In this document: piece after piece, positions 8,025 to 17,356 of the stretch | Position numbering within the stretch: position 1 is the first letter of the stretch | How the letters are laid out: each line of letters opens with the position of its first letter | NCBI GenBank assembly: GCA_965218295.1 | Contig: CBDCKN010000017.1 | Span: 64,001 to 128,000 of the forward strand | Direction: 5' to 3' | Length of the DNA stretch: 64,000 nucleotides | DNA from: Longimicrobiales bacterium | GTDB lineage: Bacteria > Gemmatimonadota > Gemmatimonadetes > Longimicrobiales > Gaopeijiaceae | The notes under the pieces: generated by a model | Seen by the model: the letters and a program-made list of their open reading frames with translations, nothing else | Told to the model about the DNA's origin: nothing | Databases searched by the model: none | Position numbers and translations under genes: made by a program

Positions 8025-10073
8025 CTACGCCCCGACTGGGACAGCCGGCGCTCGCTTCTCCGAAGAGCGCCGCGGCGCAGGACTCACGGAGCCTCTGGAG
8101 GGCCACATGGCGATGAGGCTGCCCAGGGTGAGGATCAGTCCTCCATACCAGATCCAACCCACCAGGATGTTGACCTGCACTTCGAACGTCGCCCTCTGGG
8201 CCGCGGCGTCGTTCTCGAACGCCCCACCCAGATCCTCCACCCGCTCAAGGATCACGTAGAGATCCTCGAGGAAGGTCGACCGGATGCCCACCTCGGTCAC
8301 CGGAGCTTGCCAGGTGACGTAGAGGCGCTTTTCCGTCGTGAGGGATCCCACGGGCACACCGTTCTTCTCGACCGTCATGAGTGCCACGGCCTGGCGGAGC
8401 ATGTTCTGGCCCCGAGGCGACGAGAGTCCTTGATAGGTCAGCGTGTACTCGTGACCGAAGGCGGACTCGATGGTCACCGACTCACCGGGATCGAGTGTCT
8501 GCGTGACCTCCCGGTCGAAGGCCGCGCCGGCGAAGGCCGTGAAGATCAACACCACTCCCACATGCACGATATACCCACCCCAGCGGCGCCGATTCCGGAG
8601 GACCAGATGGACGAAGGCCGGTAGCAGGCCCTCCCCCTCGATGTAGGCCCGGGCCCGCGTGCCCTTCACGAACTCCACGACGATGATCGTCAACACGAAG
8701 GCAGACACGCCGAAGGTGACGAGGGCCATCCACTGCCTCGCACCCCGCAGGTAGAAGCCGGCGACCACCACGATTCCGACCACCACGGGCCAGACGAAGT
8801 TCTTCGTGAGGTTGCGGCGCGATGCCTTCCGCCAGGCGATGACCGGGCCGATGCCCATCAGGGCCAGCAGCGCTATCCCTATGGGCAGGTTCACACGGTT
8901 GAAGAACGGCGGACCCACGGTGATCGCCTGTCCCGTCAGGCCCTCGGAGATCAGGGGAAGGAGGGTGCCCCACATGATGGCGAAGGCGATCCCGAGGAAT
9001 ACCAGGTTGTTGAAGAGAAACGCCGCTTCCCGGGAGAGGAACGACTGGATCTGGTTTTCGCTCTTCAGGTCCGGATAACGCCACGCGATCAACAGGACAC
9101 AGACCCCGGTCACCACCCCGAGGAAGATCAGGAAGATGAAGGCGATGGTTGTGTTCTCGGCGAACGTGTGCACCGACTCGATGAGCCCCGAGCGGGTCAG
9201 GAACGTAGCGAAGATCGTGAGGAGGAACGTGAGGCTCACGAGGCCCATGTTCCACACCTTCAGCATCCCTCGATTTTCTTGAATCTGTATGGAGTGTAGG
9301 AAGGCGGTGGCGGTGAGCAATGGAAGCAGTGACGCGTTCTCCACCGGGTCCCAGAACCAGAATCCTCCCCACCCCAGCTCCTCGTATGCCCAGCGCATGC
9401 CGAAGATGACGCCGTTCGCGAGGAAGAACCACGACAGCAGGATCCAACGCCGTGTGATGACGATCCACCGGGTGTCGAGCTTGCCATTCAGAAGTGCGGC
9501 GATGGCGAACGCGAACGGCACTGTGAACGCCGTGAATCCCAGGTAGAGAGTGGGTGGATGGATGGTCATCCAATAGTTCTGCAGCTGGGGATTCAGCCCC
9601 CGTCCGTCCGCAGGTGTGAACGCCAGCCGCTCGAACGGATTCACGTCGGCGAACAACAGGACCACCAGGAAGAAGCTCGATACGGAGAGGAGGACCCCCA
9701 CCACGTACGGCATGAACTCCCGGTTCTTGTGGCGGTTCGTGAGGACGGCGATGGAGGAGAAGAGCGAGAGGAGAACGGCCCAGAATACCAGTGATCCCCT
9801 CTGACCCGCCCACAGTCCCGACACCTTGAAGAAGGTGTCGAGCTCGCGGTTGGAGTAGTTGGCAACGTACCAGTACTCGAAGCTGTCGCTCAGGAACGCG
9901 GTAATGATCCCGGCCGAGACCAGCACCAGGAGGAAGAAGACCCCGTAGACGCTACGCTCTGCGATGAGGATCAGGTCGCCGCGCTGTTTTCGCCCGCCTA
10001 CGAACCCGAGGACCGCTCCCCAGATTGCGACCGGAAGGGCGAACCAGAGAGCGAGCTCCCCGAGGATCGTCAC
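8025..10073 (-). CDS. ccmF: Cytochrome c-type biogenesis heme lyase CcmF/NrfE
   Basis: GRGLNPQLQ, IHPPTLY, WAYEELGWGGFWFWDPVEN, AFLHS, SVHTF, YIVHVG. Confidence 0.97.
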   Translation of the reverse strand: MTILGELALWFALPVAIWGAVLGFVGGRKQRGDLILIAERSVYGVFFLLVLVSAGIITAFLSDSFEYWYVANYSNRELDTFFKVSGLWAGQRGSLVFWAVLLSLFSSIAVLTNRHKNREFMPYVVGVLLSVSSFFLVVLLFADVNPFERLAFTPADGRGLNPQLQNYWMTIHPPTLYLGFTAFTVPFAFAIAALLNGKLDTRWIVITRRWILLSWFFLANGVIFGMRWAYEELGWGGFWFWDPVENASLLPLLTATAFLHSIQIQENRGMLKVWNMGLVSLTFLLTIFATFLTRSGLIESVHTFAENTTIAFIFLIFLGVVTGVCVLLIAWRYPDLKSENQIQSFLSREAAFLFNNLVFLGIAFAIMWGTLLPLISEGLTGQAITVGPPFFNRVNLPIGIALLALMGIGPVIAWRKASRRNLTKNFVWPVVVGIVVVAGFYLRGARQWMALVTFGVSAFVLTIIVVEFVKGTRARAYIEGEGLLPAFVHLVLRNRRRWGGYIVHVGVVLIFTAFAGAAFDREVTQTLDPGESVTIESAFGHEYTLTYQGLSSPRGQNMLRQAVALMTVEKNGVPVGSLTTEKRLYVTWQAPVTEVGIRSTFLEDLYVILERVEDLGGAFENDAAAQRATFEVQVNILVGWIWYGGLILTLGSLIAMWPSRGSVSPAPRRSSEKRAPAVPVGA

Positions 10074-10498
10074 CCGGTGAGTTCCTCGGGTGTCGCCTCG
10101 TAACGGCTACCGCACTTGGTCAGAACCAGGGTGGCTTCGAAAACACCATCCTCCCGGAAACGCCCCTCCACGACCGCGTCGACCTGCTCGTGATCGTTGA
10201 AAGTATCGGGCAGCATGTCCGCGTACTCGACGGGGAAGCTGACCGTCTCGTCTTGAAGGTCGACGACCCGGAAGCGATGCGGGCTCCCCTCTCGGGCCCG
10301 CTCCCAGGAGCCTGGTACGATGCGGCCACTCACCTTGACACCCACCTGGTGGAAGGTGGGGTCGTCTTTCACCCGAGCCAGAAGCTCCATGGGTGTGAGG
10401 TAGTACAACATCGTCTGGCTCACACCCGTCCAGATGAGATAGGTGACGACCATGGCCACGCCCGCTAAACCCACGAAGAATCTGCTGTTGTTTTTCAC
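10070..10498 (-). CDS. ccmE: Heme chaperone CcmE, cysteine (CxxxY) variant
   Basis: TM anchor, YYLTP, LPDTF, VVEG, LTKCGSRYE; GTG start at 10498 with GAGG upstream. Confidence 0.93.
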   Translation of the reverse strand: MKNNSRFFVGLAGVAMVVTYLIWTGVSQTMLYYLTPMELLARVKDDPTFHQVGVKVSGRIVPGSWERAREGSPHRFRVVDLQDETVSFPVEYADMLPDTFNDHEQVDAVVEGRFREDGVFEATLVLTKCGSRYEATPEELTG

Positions 10499-10752
10499 CT
10501 CAGGCCCCTCTGAGTGGGGTCGGCGGACCACCTCTACGGCTCCGCCAAATATAGGGCCCTCGCAAGGGCCGGCAAAGCTCCTACAACCCCAAAAACCCGC
10601 ACTTTCGGGGCCCGTCCTACACCCATATAGACTACCCCCTACACGGAGGTTCCCTCCCCCCCGGGGGGTTCTCTACAAGCTTCCCCGGCGCGGGAGGCCC
10701 CGCGGGGCCCCACTCGATGGCGCAAGCCCGGCCACGCAGGGTCCAGGCGGTG

Positions 10753-11259
10753 TCAGCCGGGGGCTCTCCGGCCCTTCGCCGCCTGTGCGAGAGCCCAGTC
10801 GGCAGCTTCATCGGGATCGGTCGGGTGGTGCAGGCCCAGCCCTTGGGCCGGCGGCGCTCCCAGGATCGCCACGGGAATCCCCATCTTCTGCGCCAGGGCG
10901 ATCTCGGAGAGCGTTCCCCAGGAGCCACCCACCGCGACCACCGCCTCCGCCGCACGGACGACCAAGGCGTTCCGGGCCTCCCCCATCCCCGTGGCCAGCG
11001 GCAAGGCGATCCAGGGGTTCGCCCGGGAGTCGTCGCGGCCGGGAAGGAGGCCCACCGTGGTTCCTCCCCCCTCCACACAGCCCCGGGCTGCCGCTTCCAT
11101 GACGCCGCCGAGGCCACCGCAGATGACCACGGCGCCGGCCTCCGCCAGTCGGGCCCCGAGCTTCCGGGCCCGCTCGAGGTCCGCGTCGTCGGCGTTCCCG
11201 GCCCCGATGATGGCGATCCGCAGTGGCCGTTCAGCCGCCGCTCGTCCCTGGGACGTCAC
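10753..11259 (-). CDS. TIGR00725 family (LOG/DprA-like Rossmann) protein
   Basis: ICGGLGGVMEAAARG, GLLPG, TGMGEARN, VGGSWGTLSEIALA. Confidence 0.88.
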   Translation of the reverse strand: MTSQGRAAAERPLRIAIIGAGNADDADLERARKLGARLAEAGAVVICGGLGGVMEAAARGCVEGGGTTVGLLPGRDDSRANPWIALPLATGMGEARNALVVRAAEAVVAVGGSWGTLSEIALAQKMGIPVAILGAPPAQGLGLHHPTDPDEAADWALAQAAKGRRAPG

Positions 11260-12764
11260 AAAGCGCCGCCGGAAACGTTAGCCCACGTCTTGACCGCCCG
11301 AACCGCCCGAGCCCAACCGTCGAGTAGATCGTCTCGCTCGGAGTCCCGCATTGTAGGATCGAACCGCTCGCCCTCGCCCTGGGAAGCCAGAAACTCGTCG
11401 GCGGTGGACCAGACCCCCGTGGCCAGCCCGGCAAGGCCAGCCGCCCCGAGGGCGGTGGTCTCGACCATGGCCGGTCTCCGCACCGGGACGCCCAGGACAC
11501 CCGCCTGGAAGTCCATGAGCCAGTCGTTGTTGGCGGCCCCACCGTCTACGCGGAGCTCCGTCATCCGGACGGAACAGTCGGCCTCCATGGCACCGATCAC
11601 CTCTCGGGTTCCGTACGCCATGGCCTCCAACGCCGCCCGCACGAGGTGCTTCTTGGAGGTTCCCCGGGTGAGCCCGAACACGGCTCCTCGGGCTTCCGGC
11701 ACCCAGTGGGGCGCGCCGAGGCCCACGAAAGCCGGTACGAAGTATACGCCGTCGTTGCCCTCGAGGTCGGACGCCATTCGCTCCGACTCGGCCGCGTGCT
11801 CGAGAACCCCCAGTCCGTCCCGGAGCCATTGCACCGCGGCTCCCGCTATGAACACCGACCCTTCCAGTGCGAATGCGAGACCGCCACGGGCGTCGCAGGC
11901 TGCGGTGGTCAGCAGCCCATGGGAGGACGGAACGATGTCCGTTCCGGTGTGCATGAGCAGAAAGGCCCCCGTGCCGTATGTGTTCTTGGCCAGCCCCGCC
12001 GACCAGCACCCCTGCCCGAAGAGCGCCGCCTGTTGGTCCCCAACGACGCCGGCAAGGGGCGCCTCGATCTCCAGGGCCTCCCCACGACTCACTCCGAAGT
12101 CACCACTGCTCAATCGTACTTCCGGGAGCAGGGACTCCGGCACCCCCAGGAGATCGAGAAGCCACGGGTCCCAAGACGCCTGGGACAGGTTGTAGAGGAG
12201 CGTTCGGGAAGCGTTGGTAGGGTCCGTGGCATGCACGTCGCCCTGGGTCAGACGAGTTATCAGCCACGTGTCGACGGTGCCCGCCGCCAGATCGCCCGCT
12301 TCCGCTCGGGCCAGCAGCTCGGGCCGCTCACGGAGGAGCCACATGAGCTTGGTTCCCGAGAAGTAGGGATCCAGGACCAGACCGGTGCGGCTCCTCACCT
12401 CCTCCTCGTGGCCCCCTTCCTTGAGCTCGGCGCACAAGCCCGCGGTTCGCCGATCCTGCCACACAATGGCCCGGTAGACCGGCTCCAGGGTCTTCCGGTC
12501 CCACAGGACGACTGTCTCCCGCTGATTCGTGATTCCGATCCCCCGAACGTCCGCTTCGGTGGCCGACTCGAGGGCCTCCCGTGCCACGCCTCGCGTGACA
12601 TCCCAGATCTCTCCGGCGTCGTGCTCCACCCAGCCGGGCCGGGGAAAGTGCTGGGTGAACTCGGAGTAGGCCCGCCCGAGCACGCGGCCGTCTTGGGCGA
12701 TGACAAGACAGGTCGAGCCGGTCGTCCCCTGGTCGATGGCGAGGATGGAAGCGGTCTTGCTCAT
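11256..12764 (-). CDS. glpK: Glycerol kinase
   Basis: IDQGTTGS, GITNQRET, AIVWQDRR, DPYFSGTK, TNASRT, GDQQAALFGQ, KNTYGTG, VDGG; ATGA overlap with maf. Confidence 0.97.
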   Translation of the reverse strand: MSKTASILAIDQGTTGSTCLVIAQDGRVLGRAYSEFTQHFPRPGWVEHDAGEIWDVTRGVAREALESATEADVRGIGITNQRETVVLWDRKTLEPVYRAIVWQDRRTAGLCAELKEGGHEEEVRSRTGLVLDPYFSGTKLMWLLRERPELLARAEAGDLAAGTVDTWLITRLTQGDVHATDPTNASRTLLYNLSQASWDPWLLDLLGVPESLLPEVRLSSGDFGVSRGEALEIEAPLAGVVGDQQAALFGQGCWSAGLAKNTYGTGAFLLMHTGTDIVPSSHGLLTTAACDARGGLAFALEGSVFIAGAAVQWLRDGLGVLEHAAESERMASDLEGNDGVYFVPAFVGLGAPHWVPEARGAVFGLTRGTSKKHLVRAALEAMAYGTREVIGAMEADCSVRMTELRVDGGAANNDWLMDFQAGVLGVPVRRPAMVETTALGAAGLAGLATGVWSTADEFLASQGEGERFDPTMRDSERDDLLDGWARAVRAVKTWANVSGGAL

Positions 12765-13369
12765 GAGTCCGCCATGTGGAGAGACCCGAACCGGTACTCC
12801 CAGCCGCACTCCTCCAGGAGGTTCATGAGGAGGGAGATCGGCAGGCCGACGACGGTAAAGTAGTCGCCCCGGATTTCGCTCACCAGCGCCGCTCCCAGTC
12901 CTTGGATGCCGTACGCTCCGGCCTTGTCGAGAGGCTCTCCGGTCTCGACATAGAGACGGGCGACCTCGGTTCGGAAGGAGCGAAGCGAGACCTCCGTAGT
13001 GGCCACGCCGCTGTGCACTTCTCCCGACGGGAGGGCCAGGGCCAGGCCACTGGCCACGATGTGGGAGCGCCCGGCGAGGCGGAGGAGCATATCTTCGGCA
13101 TCCTCCGGACCGGTGGGCTTTCCCAGGATCTCGTCGTCCAGCACGACGACGGTGTCTCCGCCCAGGACAGCCGCATTGGGTCGCACACGGGTCACCGCCA
13201 GGGCCTTCTCACGCGCCAGGCGCTCCACGTGCTCCTCGGGTGTCTCACCCGGCAGCACCTCCTCCAGAAGGTGCGCGGGCTCGACGGTGAAGGTCAGGCC
13301 GAGCATGCCAAGGTACTCCTTACGCCGGGGTGACGCCGACGCCAGGACCAAAGGAGGAGGACCGCTCAT
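12761..13369 (-). CDS. maf: Maf family nucleoside triphosphate pyrophosphatase
   Basis: LASASPRR, DTVVVLDDEILGKP, EPLDKAGAYGIQG, VVGLP. Confidence 0.95.
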   Translation of the reverse strand: MSGPPPLVLASASPRRKEYLGMLGLTFTVEPAHLLEEVLPGETPEEHVERLAREKALAVTRVRPNAAVLGGDTVVVLDDEILGKPTGPEDAEDMLLRLAGRSHIVASGLALALPSGEVHSGVATTEVSLRSFRTEVARLYVETGEPLDKAGAYGIQGLGAALVSEIRGDYFTVVGLPISLLMNLLEECGWEYRFGSLHMADS

Positions 13370-13395
13370 CTCTCGAGACCGCTCATCTCTCGAGA
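13362..13395. repeat. Perfect 17-bp tandem duplication at the dtd-maf junction
   Basis: CCGCTCATCTCTCGAGA at 13362-13378 and 13379-13395. Confidence 0.9.
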
Positions 13396-13823
13396 ACGAG
13401 CGTGACTGGCCCGTCGTTCACGAGGGACACGTCCATCATGGCGCCGAACTCACCCGTCGCCACGCGTCCGGGCAGCCGGGCTTCCAGGATCTCGACGAAT
13501 CTCTCGTAGAGCGGAATCGCGATCTCCGGCGGCGCCGCATGGACGAAGCTAGGGCGACGTCCCTTCCTGGTGTCACCGTAGAGGGTGAACTGGCTCACCA
13601 CCAGAAGGGAGCCACCCACGTCCTCCAGGTCTCGGTTCATCTTGCCATCCGCGTCGTTGAACACCCGGAGGCCCACGACCTTGTCGGCCATCCATTCCGC
13701 TTCGTCCGTCGAGTCGCCCCCGGTGAATCCAACGAGGAGGAGATGCCCGATACCGATCTCACCGACGGCCCGACCGTCGACCATCACCCGGGCTTGGCTC
13801 ACGCGCTGCAACACAACTCTCAT
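13383..13823 (-). CDS. dtd: D-aminoacyl-tRNA deacylase
   Basis: MRVVLQRV, VSQFTLYGD, KGRRPSF, FGAMMDV, NDGPVT. Confidence 0.97.
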   Translation of the reverse strand: MRVVLQRVSQARVMVDGRAVGEIGIGHLLLVGFTGGDSTDEAEWMADKVVGLRVFNDADGKMNRDLEDVGGSLLVVSQFTLYGDTRKGRRPSFVHAAPPEIAIPLYERFVEILEARLPGRVATGEFGAMMDVSLVNDGPVTLVLER

Positions 13824-13877
13824 GGGGGCATTACCCCTGCACGGAGCGAAGGCCGTCACATACAGGGCCCGGGCGGC

Positions 13878-15716
13878 TCACTCCACCGTGACCGACTTCG
13901 CGAGGTTCCGCGGCTGATCGACGTCGCAGTCGCGTTGGATAGCCGCGTGATAGGCCAGAAGCTGGAGGGGGATGGTGGTGAGCACGGGCAAAAGGGACGG
14001 GACGGTCTGCGGGACCTGGATGAGGTGATCCACCTTGCCGATCAGCTCCGGGGCCTCGTCGCTCACAACCGCGATGATGCGGCCGTTCCGCGTGCTCACC
14101 TCTTCGATGTTCGAGACCACCTTGTCGTACACCGCGTCCCTGGGAGCCAGGATGACCACCGGCATGTTCTCGTCGATGAGGGCGATGGGCCCGTGCTTCA
14201 TCTCCGCCGCCGGATAGCCCTCGGCGTGGATGTAGCTCACCTCCTTGAGCTTGAGCGCCCCCTCCAGGGCCACCGGGAATTGGTACCCCCGTCCCAGGTA
14301 GAGGAAGTTCTGGGCATGGGCATCGTCTGCCGCCAGCCCCCTGATCATGGGCTCCAGCTCCAGAGTTTCGGCCACCTGCTCAGGCAACCGCTGAAGGGCG
14401 GCCACCATCTCCCGACCCTGTACGTTGGAGAGGCTCCGCCGGCGACCCAGGTAGAGTGTGAACAGCGCCAGGGCCACGATCTGGCTGGTGAACGCCTTGG
14501 TGGAGGCGACGCCGATCTCCGGGCCGGCGTGAAGGTAGATGCCGAAGTCGGTCTCACGGGCGATGGTAGAGCCGACCACGTTCACGATCCCCATGGTGGG
14601 CGCGCCCCTGCCCCGCGCCTCCCTGAGCGCGGCCAGCGTGTCGGCGGTCTCGCCGGACTGGCTGATGGCCAGGACGAGCGTCCCGGGCTCGATGACCGGG
14701 CTCCGGTATCGGAACTCGGAAGCGTACTCCACCTCCACCGGGACCCCGGCCAGCTCCTCCAGCATGTACTCGCCGATGAGGGCCGCATGCCAGCTCGTTC
14801 CGCAAGCCGTGATCACGATGCGTTTGACCCGAGAGATCTCCTCGTCCGTGAGCGTGATCCCGCCCAACCGCGCGGCTCCCTCCTCTTCGAGGAGGCGGCC
14901 CCGCATGACGTCGCGCAGGCTGGTGGGCTGCTCGCAGATCTCCTTCAGCATGAAGTGGTCGTACTCGCCCTTTTCGGCGGCTTCCAGATCCCATTCGACG
15001 CGGTGGATGGAGCGTCGGACCTCACCGAGCTCAAGGTGGAAGACGCGGTATCCGTCGCTCGTGAGCACGGCACAGTCACCGTCGTCCAGATAGACGACAT
15101 CCTTGGTGTGTTGGATCACCGCCGACGCGTCGGAGCCCGCCAGGTTCTCGCCATTCTTGCCGATGCCCACGAGAAGGGGACTCCCGTTCCGCGCGACCAC
15201 GATCTTCCCCGGATCCCGACTGCTGATGACCGCGATTCCGTAGGCCCCCTCGACCTGATGGAGGGCGGCCACAACGGCGTCCTCCAGGGTCGGGTTCTCA
15301 CGAAACGCCTCATCGATGAGATGCACCACGGCCTCGGTGTCGGTTTCGGTCTCGAACTTGTACCCCAGGTCGGTGAGCTTCCGGCGCAGGAGGTCCGCGT
15401 TCTCGACGATCCCGTTATGGACCATGGCGATGTCGCCGGCATGGCTCCAGTGGGGATGGGCGTTTTGTCGGTTGGGGGCGCCGTGGGTGGCCCAACGGGT
15501 GTGGGCGATGCCACAGGTTCCCGGCGGCATCTCGACCTCCAGGATACGCTCGAGCTCCCTGAGCTTCCCGGCCCGCTTCACCGCGCGCAGGCACCCGTCG
15601 GCTCCCAGGATCGCCAGGCCCGCCGAATCGTACCCGCGATACTCGAGGCGGCGCAGACCCTCCAAGAGGATCGGCCCCGCTTCCTTGGAGCCCACGTATC
15701 CGACGATTCCGCACAT
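13878..15716 (-). CDS. glmS: Glutamine--fructose-6-phosphate transaminase
   Basis: MCGIVG, LEYRGYDSAG, HTRWATHG, SQSGETADT, PRNLAKSVTVE. Confidence 0.98.
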   Translation of the reverse strand: MCGIVGYVGSKEAGPILLEGLRRLEYRGYDSAGLAILGADGCLRAVKRAGKLRELERILEVEMPPGTCGIAHTRWATHGAPNRQNAHPHWSHAGDIAMVHNGIVENADLLRRKLTDLGYKFETETDTEAVVHLIDEAFRENPTLEDAVVAALHQVEGAYGIAVISSRDPGKIVVARNGSPLLVGIGKNGENLAGSDASAVIQHTKDVVYLDDGDCAVLTSDGYRVFHLELGEVRRSIHRVEWDLEAAEKGEYDHFMLKEICEQPTSLRDVMRGRLLEEEGAARLGGITLTDEEISRVKRIVITACGTSWHAALIGEYMLEELAGVPVEVEYASEFRYRSPVIEPGTLVLAISQSGETADTLAALREARGRGAPTMGIVNVVGSTIARETDFGIYLHAGPEIGVASTKAFTSQIVALALFTLYLGRRRSLSNVQGREMVAALQRLPEQVAETLELEPMIRGLAADDAHAQNFLYLGRGYQFPVALEGALKLKEVSYIHAEGYPAAEMKHGPIALIDENMPVVILAPRDAVYDKVVSNIEEVSTRNGRIIAVVSDEAPELIGKVDHLIQVPQTVPSLLPVLTTIPLQLLAYHAAIQRDCDVDQPRNLAKSVTVE

Positions 15717-15759
15717 GTCCGGCTTCCTTAGCAGCCTGTTGGAGATATGGAACGGACCA

Positions 15760-17145
15760 CTAGATCACTCCTTCGAGAACCCGTGCCGCACGCTCGATCA
15801 GCTCCTCCGCGTTACTGCGGTCCGGCGCCTCCGCTATGAGTCGCACCACCAGCTCGGTCCCCGACGGCCGGACGTGCAGCCATGATCGGCGTCCGGACCA
15901 GCTCAGCCGAAGGCCGTCGGATCGGTCGGCCCCGTCACCGTCCAGATCCTCCTCCAGCGCACCATACGCGTCGGCAAGAGACTCCCGGGGGAAGCTGACC
16001 TTCCTCTTGACGATGGCGTACGTGGGCCACCGGCCGGCAGCTTCCGAGAGTGAGGAGCCTTCGTCTACCAGATGTTGCAAGATAAGTGCCGCGGCCACGG
16101 CCGCATCCCGGGTGTGGTGAAGCTCGGGGAGAATGACGCCCCCGTTGCCTTCCCCCCCTACGACGGCTCCCTCGGCCTGCATGCGGCGAACCACGTTGAT
16201 CTCGCCCACGGGAGCCCGAACGACGGTGCTCTGGTGGGCGCCCGCCACGTCGTCCACGGCCTGGCTGGTGGAGAGGTTCGTGACCACGGTTCCGGGTGTT
16301 CGGCGCAGGACGACGGCTGCGGCAAGGGCCAGGGTCAGATCTTCACCCAGCGCCTCTCCCCTCTCGTTCACGAGTGAGAGCCGGTCCACATCCGGATCTA
16401 CGGCCAAGCCGAGATCCGCCCCCTCACTTCGAACGAGGTCTCCCAGATCCTCGAGGTTTTCCGCCGTCGGCTCCGGATCTCTCGGAAAATGGCCATCCAT
16501 CTCGGCGTTGATCGCCACGACCCGACAGCCGAGAGCCTCGAGAAGAGGGGGCATGACCGTCGCTCCCGCGCCGCGGACGCAGTCGAGCGCCACCGTGAGG
16601 TTCCGGCTGCGGATGGCGTCCCCGTCGAGCTGCGGCAGGGCCAAGACAGCTCGGAGATGACGCTCGGAAGCGCCGCCGTCTTCACGCAGCGCACCGAGCT
16701 CGTCCCATTTTGCCCTGGGGATCTCCTCCCCCAGAGCGAAGTCGAGGAAGGCCTCCATGGTCTCCGCGTCGAGGAAGGTGCCCCCTGGGGCCGCGAACTT
16801 CAGTGCGTTCCACTCGGCGGGGTTGTGGCTGGCCGTGACCTCGATGCCTCCGGCGGCTTCCCCCCTTCCGACCTCCAGCATGAGCGTCGGCGTTGCCACG
16901 ATGCCGAGGTCCACCACGTCACAACCCACCGAGACCAGGCCCGAAGCCGCCGCACTGGCCAGCATGCCTCCGGACGTCCGAGTGTCACGCCCGATGAGGA
17001 CCGCGCCCTCGTCACCCGACCTGTCAAGGAATGCTCCAAACGCGGCGGCAAGGGCGCAGACGAGGTCCGGCGTCAACGGATCGCCGACCCGCCCGCGAAA
17101 CCCGGAGACGCTCACCACCAGCCCATCTGGAATCGTCAGGGGCAT
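15760..17145 (-). CDS. glmM: Phosphoglucosamine mutase / alpha-D-phosphohexomutase
   Basis: SVSGFRG, TASHNP, DPDVDR, GGEGNGG, RPSGTE; directly upstream of glmS. Confidence 0.8.
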   Translation of the reverse strand: MPLTIPDGLVVSVSGFRGRVGDPLTPDLVCALAAAFGAFLDRSGDEGAVLIGRDTRTSGGMLASAAASGLVSVGCDVVDLGIVATPTLMLEVGRGEAAGGIEVTASHNPAEWNALKFAAPGGTFLDAETMEAFLDFALGEEIPRAKWDELGALREDGGASERHLRAVLALPQLDGDAIRSRNLTVALDCVRGAGATVMPPLLEALGCRVVAINAEMDGHFPRDPEPTAENLEDLGDLVRSEGADLGLAVDPDVDRLSLVNERGEALGEDLTLALAAAVVLRRTPGTVVTNLSTSQAVDDVAGAHQSTVVRAPVGEINVVRRMQAEGAVVGGEGNGGVILPELHHTRDAAVAAALILQHLVDEGSSLSEAAGRWPTYAIVKRKVSFPRESLADAYGALEEDLDGDGADRSDGLRLSWSGRRSWLHVRPSGTELVVRLIAEAPDRSNAEELIERAARVLEGVI

Positions 17146-17356
17146 GAGCCACCTAGCGTAGATACCGAAGACGTAGAGCCCGCTCCTAGACTATCGAGAT
17201 TTCCATGAGGACCGTCAACGATGGGTGGTGGCACAGCCTACAGGGGGTCGGGTACATTCCGGCCATTCTCGGGTGCCCCTCGCCGCCGGCTCCATTGCGG
17301 CCTCGGATGGGGCGCCCGACATCGGCTCATCTGAGATCACCGATCGCGAGGAGTGA

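Noticed and set aside
12999..15731. 910-aa plus-strand ORF, and similar long ORFs at 57222-58748, 60479-62323, 10717-12195 and 1963-3339
   Set aside because: Antisense shadows of clear genes (glmS/dtd/maf, guaB, acs, glpK, the GT fusion); expected in high-GC DNA; no recognisable motifs
15717..15759. glmS ribozyme
   Set aside because: Only 43 bp separate glmM and glmS, with no ribozyme core
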